Of a stretch of DNA of 64,000 bases, positions 25,014 to 40,165 are shown one piece after another. The translations under genes were made by a program, and so were the position numbers. The stretch's first letter is position 1. Each line of letters opens with the position of its first letter. Origin of the DNA: Basidiobolus meristosporus CBS 931.73 (taxonomy: Eukaryota > Fungi > Basidiobolomycota); contig MCFE01000007.1 of assembly GCA_002104905.1 (NCBI GenBank), positions 62,001-126,000 on the forward strand, written 5' to 3'. A model generated the notes under the pieces. That model ran no database searches. It was given only the letters and a program-made list of their open reading frames with translations, and was not told the DNA's origin.

Positions 25014-26532
25014 TTGATCGGCGGAAATTAGGCACCGACCAGGTTCGATTTAGTAAATGCGGCACCCATTTAGTGAGTGTAATTCGTCGTCATCATACAT
25101 ATGAAAATAGTATTATTATGTGTAGTTGGAAGAATTAGAAACCATGTATGAATGGACGGACGAGGAGGAGAGGAAACGTTGGCTAATGACATCATTGCTG
25201 GAACATCTTCACCTATACTCAGGAGCGACCTGCATACTAATCCTATTCTAGAAAGTGGTAAAGTGCGATCAAATAGTGAAATGGTTCCGCATTAAGAGTG
25301 CATGATAGCGAGGCCTAACGTAATTACGTCAGGTTTAGGTAAGCTAGAGTGGAGGATTGCAATTGTAGTGGAAGCGACAGGTGCAGCGACTCGGAGTTCA
25401 ATAACAATGTGTGGGAGGTTGGTGGATATCTTGATCTCCCAACGATTCGCTGTGGACGAGTGCGAGTACTGTTGGCTACGGGGTGGCTGGTGTTTTCACG
25501 AATGCTGTGTACGTGGGCAAAAATAGGAACTATAGCCCATTGTGAAATAACAATGATCCCAATGCGGCTCAATACCCATTCACCAAGGTGGTCAAGGTTT
25601 ATCCAGTGACTGGGTTCAATCTGTACTCCATGTATTGTTCAGATGCAGCGATTTTCCAGTGTGCTAATGGTCAACGCACATGTCAGCCAATCAAGCATGA
25701 TTAATGGGGCTCCTGATCTCATAGCATTCTCAAGTTGCTGGGTAATAGACGGTAATAGACTGGTTGAAAACAATGGAATGTATAATTATACGCACTCATG
25801 GGTGCAATTAGCATATTGCATTGAGTCGTAAACAGTGGTGCATTAGATCGAGGAGGAAGGATGATCGTCACTAGAACCCAGATCGGCGGAAAATCACTCT
25901 GGAACAGTGAGAGCTAATGATTGGAATTTTAATTTTTGGTGTGGTTGAGTCGTGGAATGAGAGAATCGAGGCCGAGATAACATTTCATCATCATTACATC
26001 GGTATCAGCGGGTGACATCCTACGTTTCACTCGCGATCAGCATTGGGATATTACTAACATAATGATTCACTCATGATGTCGTCGTTTATCACACAGCCTA
26101 TCGTCAATACATGGTGGAATGGGAACTTACGCATTTACCCAAAAGGAATGGACGATCCTTACGGATGCACCAGCCAAGGTAGATTTAGTTTAGTCGGATC
26201 TCAACGGTGAGCCCAACGAATTAACATTGCAAATACCACATATCGTGAAACAATCCAGTGGCAATGAGTCTTCGTATGTACACAATGGACCATGAGCATG
26301 GAAATCAACATATTCGAAACACTTTCGTGTCAATGGAACGATGCGACAAAGGCAGGCCACTCTGTTTTGTTTTTTGAGCATATTCCGGAGATTTAAACTA
26401 GTTCCTATATATTCAAGGCCCGCTTGAAATCACGATGCGACCCTGTCTGTCCTAAAGAATTAAAGCCTAACTCTTTTTAACCCCCCCCATTCCATAAAAA
26501 CTTAAATATTCGGAGATCGAAATCCTTGGCAC

Positions 26533-27894
26533 ATGAAGATCTTCACCATTCTAGCCTGGGGAGTTGTGATAACAGGCATTGAAGCCGCTGTTGAACGGTA
26601 ATTTTGCTTTGATTGCCTGACTCCATAAGTTCTCATTTACCAACTCAGCCCGTAGGATATATCTGACCAAAGTCCAGCATAAGCACCCAAACACCCTGAT
26701 TCATTACTGCCATCAAACCAAACAAGCAGCCATGAAGTACAATAGGAAGAACGCTGGTCAAATGCACATGTCGAATCAGCTCCCAGCGCTTCCACTTGAG
26801 AATGACATGAACCTAGACTACTACGGTGATATCTCTATAGGAACCCCCAAACAATTGTTTCGGGTAGTCTTCGATACAGGCAGCTCGGATTTATGGGTTC
26901 CCTCGACTCGTTGCCACTCAAAAGCCTGCCAAAATCATAGAAGATTCAATTCCACCAGGTCAAGAAGCCATAGAGAAATCGGGGACAAGTTCCATATCAC
27001 CTACGGTACCGGTGCTGTTGATGGGGTTGTTAGCAAGGATACGCTTAAACTAGGCGGGGTGGAGGTTACCAACCAAGCATTCGGCGAAACCAATTTCGAA
27101 TTAGACTTCTTTGAGAAAGTGGAATTCGATGGGATTTTTGGTTTGGCCTTCGAACAAATCAGTTCCATCAATCACTCCACTCCACTTACCAATATGATAA
27201 AGCAGAACCAGCTCGATGAACCCGTATTCTCGGTTTGGTTGAACGGTAAGTATACCGAGGGTTCTGGTGGGGAATTGCTGTTTGGGGCAATCGATAGAAA
27301 TCGCTACTCTGGGGACATCAGCTATTTCCCAGTTGTTCGGGAAGGCTATTGGGAAATAAAGCTGGACGGTGCCCAGATCAAGAATTCCCGCATACCGAGT
27401 GTTGCGCGTACCGCCGCCATTGATACTGGTACCTCGTTGATAGTCATGCCAACGGAGGATGCAAATTCCATTAATGCCATGATCGGAGGAAAACCATTCC
27501 AGGATGGCTTGTACTCTATTCCCTGCAACGGCACGCGCCCCACAGTAAATATTGTGTTCGATGGACAGCTTTTCCCCATCAGTAGTGAGGAATACACTGT
27601 GGATTTAGGTGACGGAACTTGTGTCACTGGATTTGCGGGAAATGATATGGGCTTTGAGGTAAAAATCCTGCCGACTTCATCTACTAAATGTTCTTTAGCC
27701 CTTTTCTCAATGGTTTATCTAATCTTAGAACATGTGGATAGTCGGTGATGTATTCCTGAGAGTTTGGTATAGCATCTTCAACTTTGAGAACAAACAAGTC
27801 GGAATAGGTAAGCTCCTCGATGCGTTCTCTAACTACCAATCTAACATTTCTTGCCTGAACCTTAGCCAAAGCTCTACATTCCTCAGGTGGCTGA
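26533..27894 (+). CDS. Secreted pepsin-family (A1) aspartic protease; 4 exons
   Basis: Signal peptide MKIFTILAWGVVITGIEA; YYGDISIGTP, VFDTGSSDLWVPS, AAIDTGTS, WIVGDVFLRVWYSIFN. Confidence 0.95.
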
Positions 27895-28294
27895 GTCGAG
27901 GCTCCCCTGATTTCATAAACTTACCACGAAATTCCTTGGAAAATCCAATTGTCCACGCAACGGATACTCATAGACGCCCGCTATTTTCCGTGTAAATGAT
28001 AATCGGGATGTTGTTACGGAGTCAACATGTAAATTACCCTACTGTAGAATTCAAGGGGCATAAGCCATTAAAGCAATCAATGCTATGAAGGAAGGGTTCA
28101 ATTGTTTAATGACATCGGGATTTCTCAAGCTCGGTCTGAAAGGCTTGGAGCAAGTCCCAGTGAATAATATATAGTGAAGAGTCAACATGAAACAGTAACG
28201 TAGATTCTCGATTAAACAAGGCGGAGTAGAGCGACAAGTGTATGATGATGAAATACGCTTGTATAACGCGGGGAGGATTAGCCGGCTAGGGTGA

Positions 28295-30254
<1,960 letters not shown>

Positions 30255-30599
30255 TTTTCAGTATGCACAGTTTAAGGCTACGATATATACGCGTGAGTTT
30301 CCTGTAGTAAGGGTATATGGTCTTAGTTTGAGTTGTATGATAGTGGCAAGCAGAGGTTCAAATATAGATTGTTTCTGGCATGAATCGTGGTTAATGATCA
30401 ATTCGACTGGTGGACTGAAGCGTCAAGTGAGCTCCGATTTTCTCTACATCTATTCGGTATTATGTTATACCAGTTAAATCATCCCTGGAATACATGAATC
30501 TTCTTCCTTGACGTCATCTAAGGGTTTAATTCTGAGCGTCCTAACAGGGATTCCCTGGAAACTCCATGAAATTCACAACTCCGTGTGGCCTGCAGATGA

Positions 30600-31633
30600 C
30601 GCAAATGTCTATTACATAATAGTGTATCTGCAGGAAGAGCTTCAGGGCACATGGCTGATGCTTGCAAAGAAAGTCAACAATGGAAACAGTCAAATATAGG
30701 ACTAACGCACGTGTAAGGCTACGAAGCGATACCAGGATTCAAAGACAATACTTGTGCTACATCCAGAGCTCTAATTAACATGGTTAGTATCTTGCGCATA
30801 GCGTTAGCCTGAGCATATCAAACCAGCATTGCCATGTTTTTAATACGAATACATGATAGAAATTCGGATGGTTCTCGGATAAAACGACCATATAACCCCA
30901 CACTGAGGGGGTACGTCGCCCTCTAGAACACAGCGAGTGAATAGAGCCATATCGAGAGGAACATAATAGACAGGGTTTCAGGTCTGTATCGTCTACTAGT
31001 AATATATGTAATGTGTTATTCAGGAATTCACAGTCTGTTAGAGTCTCTGTCGGGTACAATGTTGGACGTAGTTTACTCATCATAATCATGGCACTTTGTG
31101 CTAAACTTAAATACCAACTTGCTCCATTCCAATAATCCATTGCTTAATTTTGTAACCCACACCATTCACATAAAATTGAGTTTATTAACACCTGTTGTAC
31201 ACTCACCGTTTGACGGCAGTCCAAACTTGACCTGGATACGTCACAAGTTCTTTAAAAAATCCTTGATTTTTCTCATGGTTGGGTTGTTTGGGTGTTGGTC
31301 TTCAGCAATATCTGACATGGTGATGTTATTTCGTTGGTGATACGAGGCGGACTTCATGAGCCTAGAGCCACCAGTATCACCTTGCGAATCCATAGTAAGA
31401 TCGCGATCATTTCCGACATCTTGAACGGTTGACCGTATTTTCGAGAGTGTCTCTGTATCAGTGACGGGTACCCTCTGTTCAGAAGAAATGTTATCCATAT
31501 CTTTGGGTGTGCTAGGCAGGAATGGATCGGCTATCATAGCCCCAGATACAAAGTCGAAGTCTTTATCGGATTCCATAGTGTGCGCTTTACTTGGGGATTG
31601 TAGTAATAGTGGCTGATTCTTATATATCGCCAT
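30600..31633 (-). CDS. Hypothetical multi-exon protein
   Basis: 151-aa first ORF (31241-31696) and several spliceable downstream segments with GTGAGT/CTAACAG signals; no family recognised; ends approximate. Confidence 0.35.
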
Positions 31634-32619
31634 CACCGAGCTTTGGAGGCTATGATTCAAAGGTGACGTAGACCAGACACTTGGTGAAGCGCACAATCAT
31701 GACTGTATGTTTCTGTACTTCCAGACAGTTTTTGATGGGATTAGACATTGGCCCCTCTTGCACACTCCACCGTGTGTATGGTTAACAAGGCCGATTACCG
31801 ATTACCGATCATCAGGCATAGGCATGACTATTACTCGGTCAATAATGTGCCCTACATCAAAATGTGTAAGCGTCATGATGGTTTTTTGTTTCTTGGGTTA
31901 TTGTCAATTCGGCGGTCGGATGGAGTCGCTCCATTGGACAGGTATTAAATGTGCTATACAAAAGAGCTCATCGTGTTGTAACCGACTCCCATGACTAGGA
32001 TGAGCCACAGTCACGTCTCAGTATGTGAGTGGGTATCACACTTGGATGCTTGATTGACTCGGTATCATCCAATGTGCAGTATTGCTGCTAAGCTAAAGCA
32101 ATCAGGAATTTCAGGCATGTGACAGAAACACCACATAATTTCCCTCTGTAGCCGGTGCACTGCGAGCTCTGCGCCGCGATATATCTGGCCGATTCTTCCA
32201 ATCAACGTCAAGCGGTAGGTAGATGGGTAAGTAGGTAAGTAGGTAGTGGTACTGATCGAACACTATTCTTCTAGTTACGATTAGCCGGTGGCACTTGTTA
32301 TTCTAGCCTGAGCTTTATCTGTCTGTTGAGCAATGCATAGAAATTGATGCGCAAGATAACAAATTCTTTGTAATACTAAAACCGTCGTGCTTCAGATAAC
32401 CAGCAAAGTGCCTCACTGCACAAACCCGGGCTTTCAGAACGTTTCGAAAACCTTGCCGTTAAGCAATCCAGCTGATACCACCAACGATCAATCCTGGAGT
32501 GTCTGGAGCGACACCAAAGGAAGAGGCTCTGCTTACTGGTAATGAGGACAGCCCAAGATAGTGCCAGGTCAAGGAGCCTAATGGTGGCTCCAATGGATCC
32601 AGGATTTTTGAGCCATTGA

Positions 32620-33850
32620 TAACCCCTACAATTGCTCCGAGGATTCGGAGAGATTATTCATGAATATACTATGACTAAAAACGCTCTAGATTAAATGGCT
32701 GCTTTGAATTACATGAGATGCCCGATTCCCCCAGCCAGACTCCAGTATGCAACCAAGAGAATTTGCTGTTGCATGACATCAACGGATAATTTGCGACTTG
32801 ATACACGGCAAAGAAAATACGAGAAGCTCAGAGGCTCAGACTTACATGAACCTGAAGCGCAACAGGAGCTTGTTTGTAAGTGCGGAAACGTTCTGTAGTA
32901 ATTGATCAATGCATTGGTCTCGTTTGAATGTACGATGAAACGGCCCACCGCTAATCACCAGTGCTATTGACCGTTCCCGTTTGGATATCTTCATCTCTGA
33001 GATGCGCATGTTTCAGCCTGGGATCACCTCAAACCCAAGGCAAACATCGGTTACAACTCGACATGGAAAATGCGACAAAGGGATGGTTATTCAGCACCAA
33101 CATTACAGCTCATTCCTACGAGGATGAGGCAGCACGCCCGAATGAGGGATGCTAGCCACCCTTAAGCCTCTATGGCTCCTGGCATTGTAGCAATGAGACT
33201 GGCCCAAGCCAATGATCCGACAACGTACAAAATCAAAATCCATATCGTGGATGTCGGACAATTACCGATCACGCAGAGCAACCCGAGAAGCGACACCAGG
33301 TGCATCGAAGCTAAGGTGTGCCCAAACGGCAAAAACACATGCTCATCTCCATATTCCATCTCTGCATCGTTGGGATTACTCAAACCACTGGCGCATCCCG
33401 CTGCATTCCAAAACATTCCTAGAGCACTCAGCCATAATCTCCAATTCTCCTCATCGCTTATTTCCCCACCGCTTTCTCCAACTCTGCCAAGATTGCCAGA
33501 CACTTGCGTTTGAGCGGAGTAAGGATCTCACCGATAAAACTTGGTATCATATGGATTCCATTAGGATACTTGATTGATCGAGGCGAGCCTCCTTAAATGT
33601 ACTTATTCTAAAATACAGTGGATTTCCAATCGCCGAAGCACGAGATTAATTTATTTGAATCTGTTTACCTCGCATTGTTCTACCTAACTTGCTAAATTCT
33701 CCAGAGGTACAAATACCTCGCCATCTCAAATCGTTGAGCTCTAGGCTTTTTGTTCGCAGTTTCGTCTCTGCTCCTTTCAACTTCAAGGCTTTAAAGCGTT
33801 CCAGAGACCTGTCCCCCGACTCCTTGCAACCACTTCTGGGAGTGAGCATC
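32620..33850 (-). CDS. Hypothetical integral membrane protein
   Basis: Hydrophobic exon-like ORFs (HLVSLLGLLCVIG...WILILYVVGSLAWASLIA; QILLVAYWSLAGGIGHL); model unresolved. Confidence 0.35.
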
Positions 33851-33907
33851 TCGTATTGCTACTTTTACCTCATCACTCCTCAAATTCCCCTGATAACTCT
33901 CTAAATC

Positions 33908-35113
33908 ATGCTCCAGTTCGGCAGATTCGATGAAATTTGCAGCACACTATCGTTGACTCTGTGTCCCATAGTGGGCCCGATGACCACGCGGACCGTCCCA
34001 ATGTGCTATTCACGGAATGTGGATATTGGAGGATTCCTGATCTTTCAGCCTGGTTCGCGTCGTTCGTATGTCTTGCAGTTGCCAGCAAATTAACCCCCGC
34101 CTCTTGAACATCTAGGCTCGTTCGCAATGTACATGGTCACTCTGGTAATGACGGTGATCATGATTTATAACATCAAAGTAAAGTACACGGCTGTGGGTTA
34201 GTTTCTGCTCGTACCAATCCTCTGCACAGAACACCACTAACATAGGGGGCTCGCTTGTGCGTCAACAGGGAGGAAAGAGATGGTGATGTTCTTCTACTTT
34301 TATACTGCAACAACGTTGTTGGAGATGTTGCTTGTCGCCGGGATCGTGCCCGTCAACTCAAGCCTTTACAAAGTAGGAGCTCCTTGCCATCATCATTTCC
34401 ACCACCGATGACCTAATTCCTTCTCAGTATTTCACAGCTGTCCACATGGGACTCATTTCGGCCACATTTTGGTGCTTGCTGCTAAACGGCTTCGTCGGGT
34501 TCCAGTGGGCTGAAGATGGAACCCCGCTCTCATTATGGGTAAAAGACCATCTCAATTCAGCGGTGCTGTCGGCATGTATTAACCTCTGCTCCTACTAGTC
34601 TATGCGAATATCCTCGTTGGTGGTGATGGGGGTCGTAACCTTCATTGCAGTGGCCACTTTCGATGATCTGCTCGGAATCTTTGACTCGACCAAGCCGCTT
34701 GTCCTGTGGATAGTGTACTTTTTCTTCAACGGGGCCGCGATGTGCATCTACTTTATCCTTCAGGTCCTTCTGGTGGTCAACACCTTGGATGATCTCTGGC
34801 CTTTAGGTAGCATGAATTTATTTGGGGGTTTCTGTTGCGTGGTCATTAACGAGATGCTATTCCAGGTGGGATCATATTTGCGGCAGTCTCCTTCGTGGCT
34901 GGCCAAGTAGCATTGCTGTTGTTTTCCCAGGAGATTTGCGAAACAACGTCTCACTATCTTGACGGCCTGTTTCTCAGCGTTTTATGCTCCTTGTTTGCGG
35001 TGATGATGATTTACAAATACTGGGACTCGATCACCCGTGACGACCTGGAGTACACAGTTGACTGTAGATCAGATCAATGGGAGCTGGATGGGGCGATGTT
35101 CAGCAAGCATTAA
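33908..35113 (+). CDS. CHS7: Chitin synthase export chaperone Chs7
   Basis: FGRFDEICSTLSLTLCPIVG, CYSRNVDIGG, IKVKYTAVGRKEM, GFVGFQWAEDGTPLSLW, DDLWPLG, HYLDGLF, YKYWDSITRDDLE. Confidence 0.93.
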
Positions 35114-35799
35114 CTATTCTCGTATCCATCATGTCCCATATGTACGTTTGCAATCGTCTTTGTCTTTCAATGCACACGAGTGTTTATGTAGGGCCTGGGC
35201 CGCTCTGTCCCCTAGCATCTAGCCTTGTGATGCGGTTACTTGAAGCAAGGATGAGTTTTGTGTATCAAACATACTCCATCCTCCTTTCCACCTTCTAATT
35301 TATTGTCGTTCGCACCAACGTGCGTGTAATCTACTCCCACTTTTATTTACTTATACACAAGGTTTTCTGGCCATGAGTTGGATGCTCGTTCGCTGCTGAG
35401 AAGTCAAATCTCGCCATAAACATCGGCACACACACTCCTTTCAGCCTATCCGTTTTCTCCTACATGAATAAAAAATCAAATTATAGACTTGACGAAGGCA
35501 TTCCTGATCCCTGCTAATCTGGGCACTCTCTTGCAGTAGTCACGACGGAGCAGGTTGCAGTAGAACCGCATAACTTCAAAGAACCCCAGGTGGTTGGATG
35601 AATCGATCTTGTGGTGATGATGACGTGCCTTAGTCAAATTTAACCATGTAGAGACTCGTCTTTCCCACGTGTCTATTCGTGTTGGGGGTTTGGGTTGTGG
35701 TTGAGACAAAATCTCAGAATCTCGTGCTGGAGGTGGCATTTGTTAGCTGGTTGTGGTTATCAATTAATTCCACTCGCTTCTGGCTATCAACCTACTAGT

Positions 35800-37075
35800 A
35801 TGTCTTCCCAAAGCCTACCACTGCCCGTTCTGGACTTTTCCAAGTTCAAGAGTAATCCCGCGGTCTTTATTGATCAGATCAAGGAGGCCCTATGTTCCAC
35901 GGGGTTCTTCTATCTGAAAAATCACGACGTCCCCAAAGAGGCTATTCAGCAACTCTTTCAGCGGGTTGGACGGTTTTGTGCTTGCTTGTTTCTACTAGCT
36001 TTCCTAACCCTTGCACAACCCTTTATCAGAGCAAAGAGTTTTTCCAACTGGAACTGGAAGTAAAGAGTGAAATGCCCATCACTCCCAGCAACGAAGGGTA
36101 TACTGGACCTGGTGTAGAAATGTAAACGGATGTTCAGTTGTTTTCCTGATTCCTTTAAAATAACCTTTTCCTCGCAGACTCGATCCGAAGCTCGGTTTAG
36201 ATTCCAAAGAGTATAGTTTCACGCAAGTTTAATTATCTTGGCTAGATTCACCAACCTTGCCGTTATTCTGCTGTGTCGTTGTGTAGAGCTTTCAATTTCA
36301 AGTTTAATCCTCAAGCAGGTCCCCCAAAACTCCCCGCAGCTCTTGCCAAGCAAGAAGATGAATTGGTTGAGTTTTACAAGGTACGTTTGCCAAATAGGGC
36401 TAAGCAGTATGTCCAGTCCTCATCGAGCTTTAGACTTGTCATAGCCAGTGTCTAGAGATACTCAGGGCCCTGGCCATGACTTTGGAAATCCCGGAGAAGG
36501 AAGGTGGCGCGAATCATTTCACGGACAAGCACGACATTAACCAAAAATCGGGTTCTGTTTTGAGAATGCTGCACTATTTTCCATTGACAGAGGCCGTAAA
36601 CGAAGATATAAGAGCTGGAGCGTAAGTGAGCAACTTGTGTCGGGTAAACAACCTCGTGGACTAAATCCAATACTTCCCCCGCAGACATACAGATTATGGT
36701 AGTCTCACTCTGCTGTTCCAAAATGGGATCAGTGGACTACAAATCCTTAACCGTGCCGCCAAGGGTGAAAGCGACGAATGGCTTGATGCTCCATGCTTGG
36801 AGGACGCGATAATCGTGAATATCGGTGACCTGATGCAATTCTGGACGAATGGCTTGTTCAAATCTACCAAGCACCGGGTTGTGTTTCACCCGGAGCAAAA
36901 GCAGTCTTCTAGATATAGCATAGCTTTCTTCTGCCATCCAAATGACTCCGTCAGCCTTGATCCAATTTCTAGCCCGTTGATTGTGAACATCCACGAAAAG
37001 CCTCAGATCAATGCGGCAATGCATCTTGAGCAGCGCTTACAAGCTACTTATGGGAATTATGAAAAAGCCATTTGA
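35800..37075 (+). CDS. 2OG-Fe(II) dioxygenase, IPNS-like/DIOX_N family
   Basis: LPVLDFSKF, GFFYLKNHDVP, LRMLHYFP, spliced GA|HTDYGSLTLLFQ (HxD), VNIGDLMQFWTNG, KHRV (distal His), RYSIAFF (RxS). Confidence 0.93.
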
Positions 37076-37231
37076 AAACTCCGTGCCGTCCAGATAACCC
37101 TGGCTCAACCGTTTGTATGCTGACCAAATTAACATATGCAGTTTGCCGTGACCTTATTTCTTAGCAAGAATCATGCCCCTGGTTTTTGTTGTCTTGAATG
37201 CATTGATGAGTAAAGCCCCAAATGCTCCATT

Positions 37232-40165
37232 TGTTGTAAATTTCGTAATTACACCTAAATATTTACCTAACTTGGTCACTTGGATCTTTGCCTACAAATC
37301 TTGGATATTTCTGGCCAGATTCCTTATTGGGTTTTACTCGAAATATTTCACCAAAATATCAGGTACCCAGGACATGAAAATTTGTTAAGTTGTCAAGCAG
37401 CCTCAAACTTTGCACACATGTTTTTGGGACCTTCCTAGGCATATTCTTGTTTTGCCAAGACCATGGAAGAGTACAAATACTACTTTTCCATTCAGTAAAT
37501 CATCAAGTGAAAATCACATAATCTACATGTTCTCCCTATCACTTCCAGTATCTTCAAAACTCTTACAACAGTTTATGAACCTCAAGCTGTCACTCTCCAG
37601 AATGTTTTCTACAGCTGTTACTGAAACTTCCCCCTCTGCTGAAAAGTTGGATGGATCTAAGTGCCAAGTCTGGAAGGTGCAGATTAAGATGAAGCTACAT
37701 GAAAGAGGCTCTTGGGATATTGTCATTGGAAAAGAATGACCTCCCAAAGGTATAGGAGAAAAAGCTTTAAGGTACCACTAGAAAGAACACTGCTCCTTTA
37801 ACTATATAATGTCAAGGACAAACTGCCAATTCAATGCCTAAGAGCCAAAATGTAAAAGAATGCCTGGAAGGCATCAGAAGGCCCTTAGCAGAAATGAATA
37901 ATTGATAGACAGAATCACCCTCTTTGTTAACAATGCAGAATCAGTGGAGATGCAAACTGCTAAGGAAGATGCAATAGATGTTGAAAAAATTTGCAATACC
38001 ACCTAGGTATTTACCTAACTTAGTTACTCATTTAACTACCAAGTGTGGAAGGTGAAGATGAAGATGCTGCTGTAGGAAAGAGGCCTCTGGGATATTGTTA
38101 TGGGAGAAGAATGCCCTCCCAAAAGTATGGGAGAGGATGCCTTAAAGTATCAGAAGAAAGAACAAAGTGCCTTTTACTGCATTTGCCTTAATGTTAAAAA
38201 CAAATTGCTAATTCAATGCTCAAGAGCAAAAACAACAAAGAATACCTGGAAGGGACTAGAAGAAACATACCAGGCATGTTCAGCTGCTAAGACATTATAT
38301 CTTGGATGGAAGTTCTTTACCACTTTGATGCTACCAGGAGAACAATCAACATAGTTACACTGTATGTTGATAAGTTGCAATCTGTAGGTGTACCAACTGT
38401 TGTAAGAGTCTTGGAGATATTGGAAGTGATTGGGAGAACAAGTAGATTATGTGGTTTTCACTTAATGATTTATTGAATGTAAAAGTAGTATTTTTACTTT
38501 TACATGATCTTGGCATAGCAAACATGTAGAATAGGTTAAGGAAGATCCCAAGAACACTTGTGCAAAGTTTGGGGCTGTTTGGACAACTTATCTAATTTTC
38601 ATGTTCTTGGTACCTGGTATTTTGGTGAAAATATTCAAAGTAAATCCCAACTTGGAATTTGGTCAGTATTCTCAAGGATTTGAAGGTAATAATCTAAGTG
38701 ACTAAGTTAGGTGAATATTTAGATGGAATTACAAATTTTTACAACACCAACTACTGATGAATATGTGATAGTTATCATCCTGAATAGCCTGACAGACCAG
38801 TTTCTGGGCCTTGTATCAGCCCTAGAGTCTATAACTTAAGATCTGACCTTAAACTATGTTCATGGAAGACTCCTGGATGAAGAATTAAGAAAACCAAGTG
38901 CCAATAAGAAGGAAGAAGAAAATGCTTTAATAAGCAATGATAGCTAACAAAGGAGGTACCTGAGACCCTTTAAAAGCAAGAACAACCTGCTTTGCAACTA
39001 TTACAAAAGGAAAGAACAGACATTAGACCAGTGTTTTAGAACAAGAGATAATCAGCAGATAACCCCTGAATATGGAAATGTTGCACCAACTGAAGATAGA
39101 CTATTCCCTTCTGCACTGAATATGACCATAAACAAGGACTCTCAAACATGGTATACTGATTCTGGAGCTTCTCAACACTTTGCACACCAAAAAGAACTTC
39201 TTACCCCATATCAAGAAATTCCAATTGAGAAGGTTTTCATGGGTGACAATAGAACATTTGATGCAGTTGGAGAAGGAGCTATCCAAGTAAACCTTAGAAG
39301 CAGAGAAAGAAGTCACACACTTACCTTCAAAAAAGCACTCTGTGCCAGAAATAGCCAAGAATATACCATCTGTAGGCAAGGCCACAGTAAAAGGACTCAG
39401 TTTTAGCTGTGTCAATTCCGGATGCAGGATCATTGGTGCTCTGATTACTTTGGGTGTCAGATATAAGAATCTATACAAGTTGACTTATATTCCTTCATAT
39501 CTGGGAGCTAATATAAGTAACTCCAAGGAAGAAACACTAATGCTTTGGCTCAGCAGATTTGGACACATCAACTGTGATCATTTGCACAAAATGATCAAAG
39601 ATCAGCTAATTTCCAGAGTAAAAATTGATCCCCGGCTAGTTTGGAGCACTGTGAAGCCTGCATATATGGGAAATAAGCCAGGTAGCTGTTCAAGAGCTCT
39701 GTGCTATTCAACATCAAGAAGAAATTAGATCTAATTCACTCAAATCTGTGTGGACCTATGCAAATTTATCCTTATGTGGGATAAAGTATTTATTCACTTT
39801 TTTTGAAGATTACACAAGATACACATGAGTCTTCCTCATTGAAAGAAAGGAGGAAGCTCTGTCTCAGATCAGTGAGCTTAAAGCCATGGTGGGGAGAGAA
39901 ACTGGTGAAGAGATCAAGAAAATTCACTCTGATAATGGTAGAGAATATATCTCAAAATTCTCCATTCACTTCTGCAAAATTTATGGGATAAAGTAAAGAC
40001 TAGTGTACCATATTACCCACAGCAAAGCAGTGTGTCAGAATCTGCAAACAGACCAATAATGAATATGGCAAGATCTGTAATCCATGATTGGAAATTATGA
40101 TTTAATTTTTGGATGAAATCAGTTATCATGACTGTATACCTTAAATATAGGAGTTATAACCACAC
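37232..40165 (+). mobile_element. Degenerate Ty1/copia family A (two overlapping 5' ends; gag-PR-IN; 3'-truncated)
   Basis: 5' LTR 37232-37570 (TGTTGTAA...TTACAACA) and degenerate PBS GTTTATGAACCTC; gag EKLDGS..VWKVQIKMKL..WDIV; PR WYTDSGASQH; IN IHSNLCGPM; a second LTR stub at 37979-38030 is fused to gag. Confidence 0.88.
38398..38746 (-). mobile_element. Solo LTR, family A, inserted antisense in copia gag
   Basis: TGTTGTAA/TTACAACA ends; TSD CCAAC at 38393-38397 and 38747-38751. Confidence 0.92.

Noticed and set aside
25585-25632. tRNA-like words (GGTGGTCAAGG...GGGTTCAATC)
   Set aside because: Spacing is too short and there are no acceptor or anticodon stems.
26190-26381. 63-aa Cys/His-rich ORF
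   Set aside because: No family pattern; lies in the protease promoter region.
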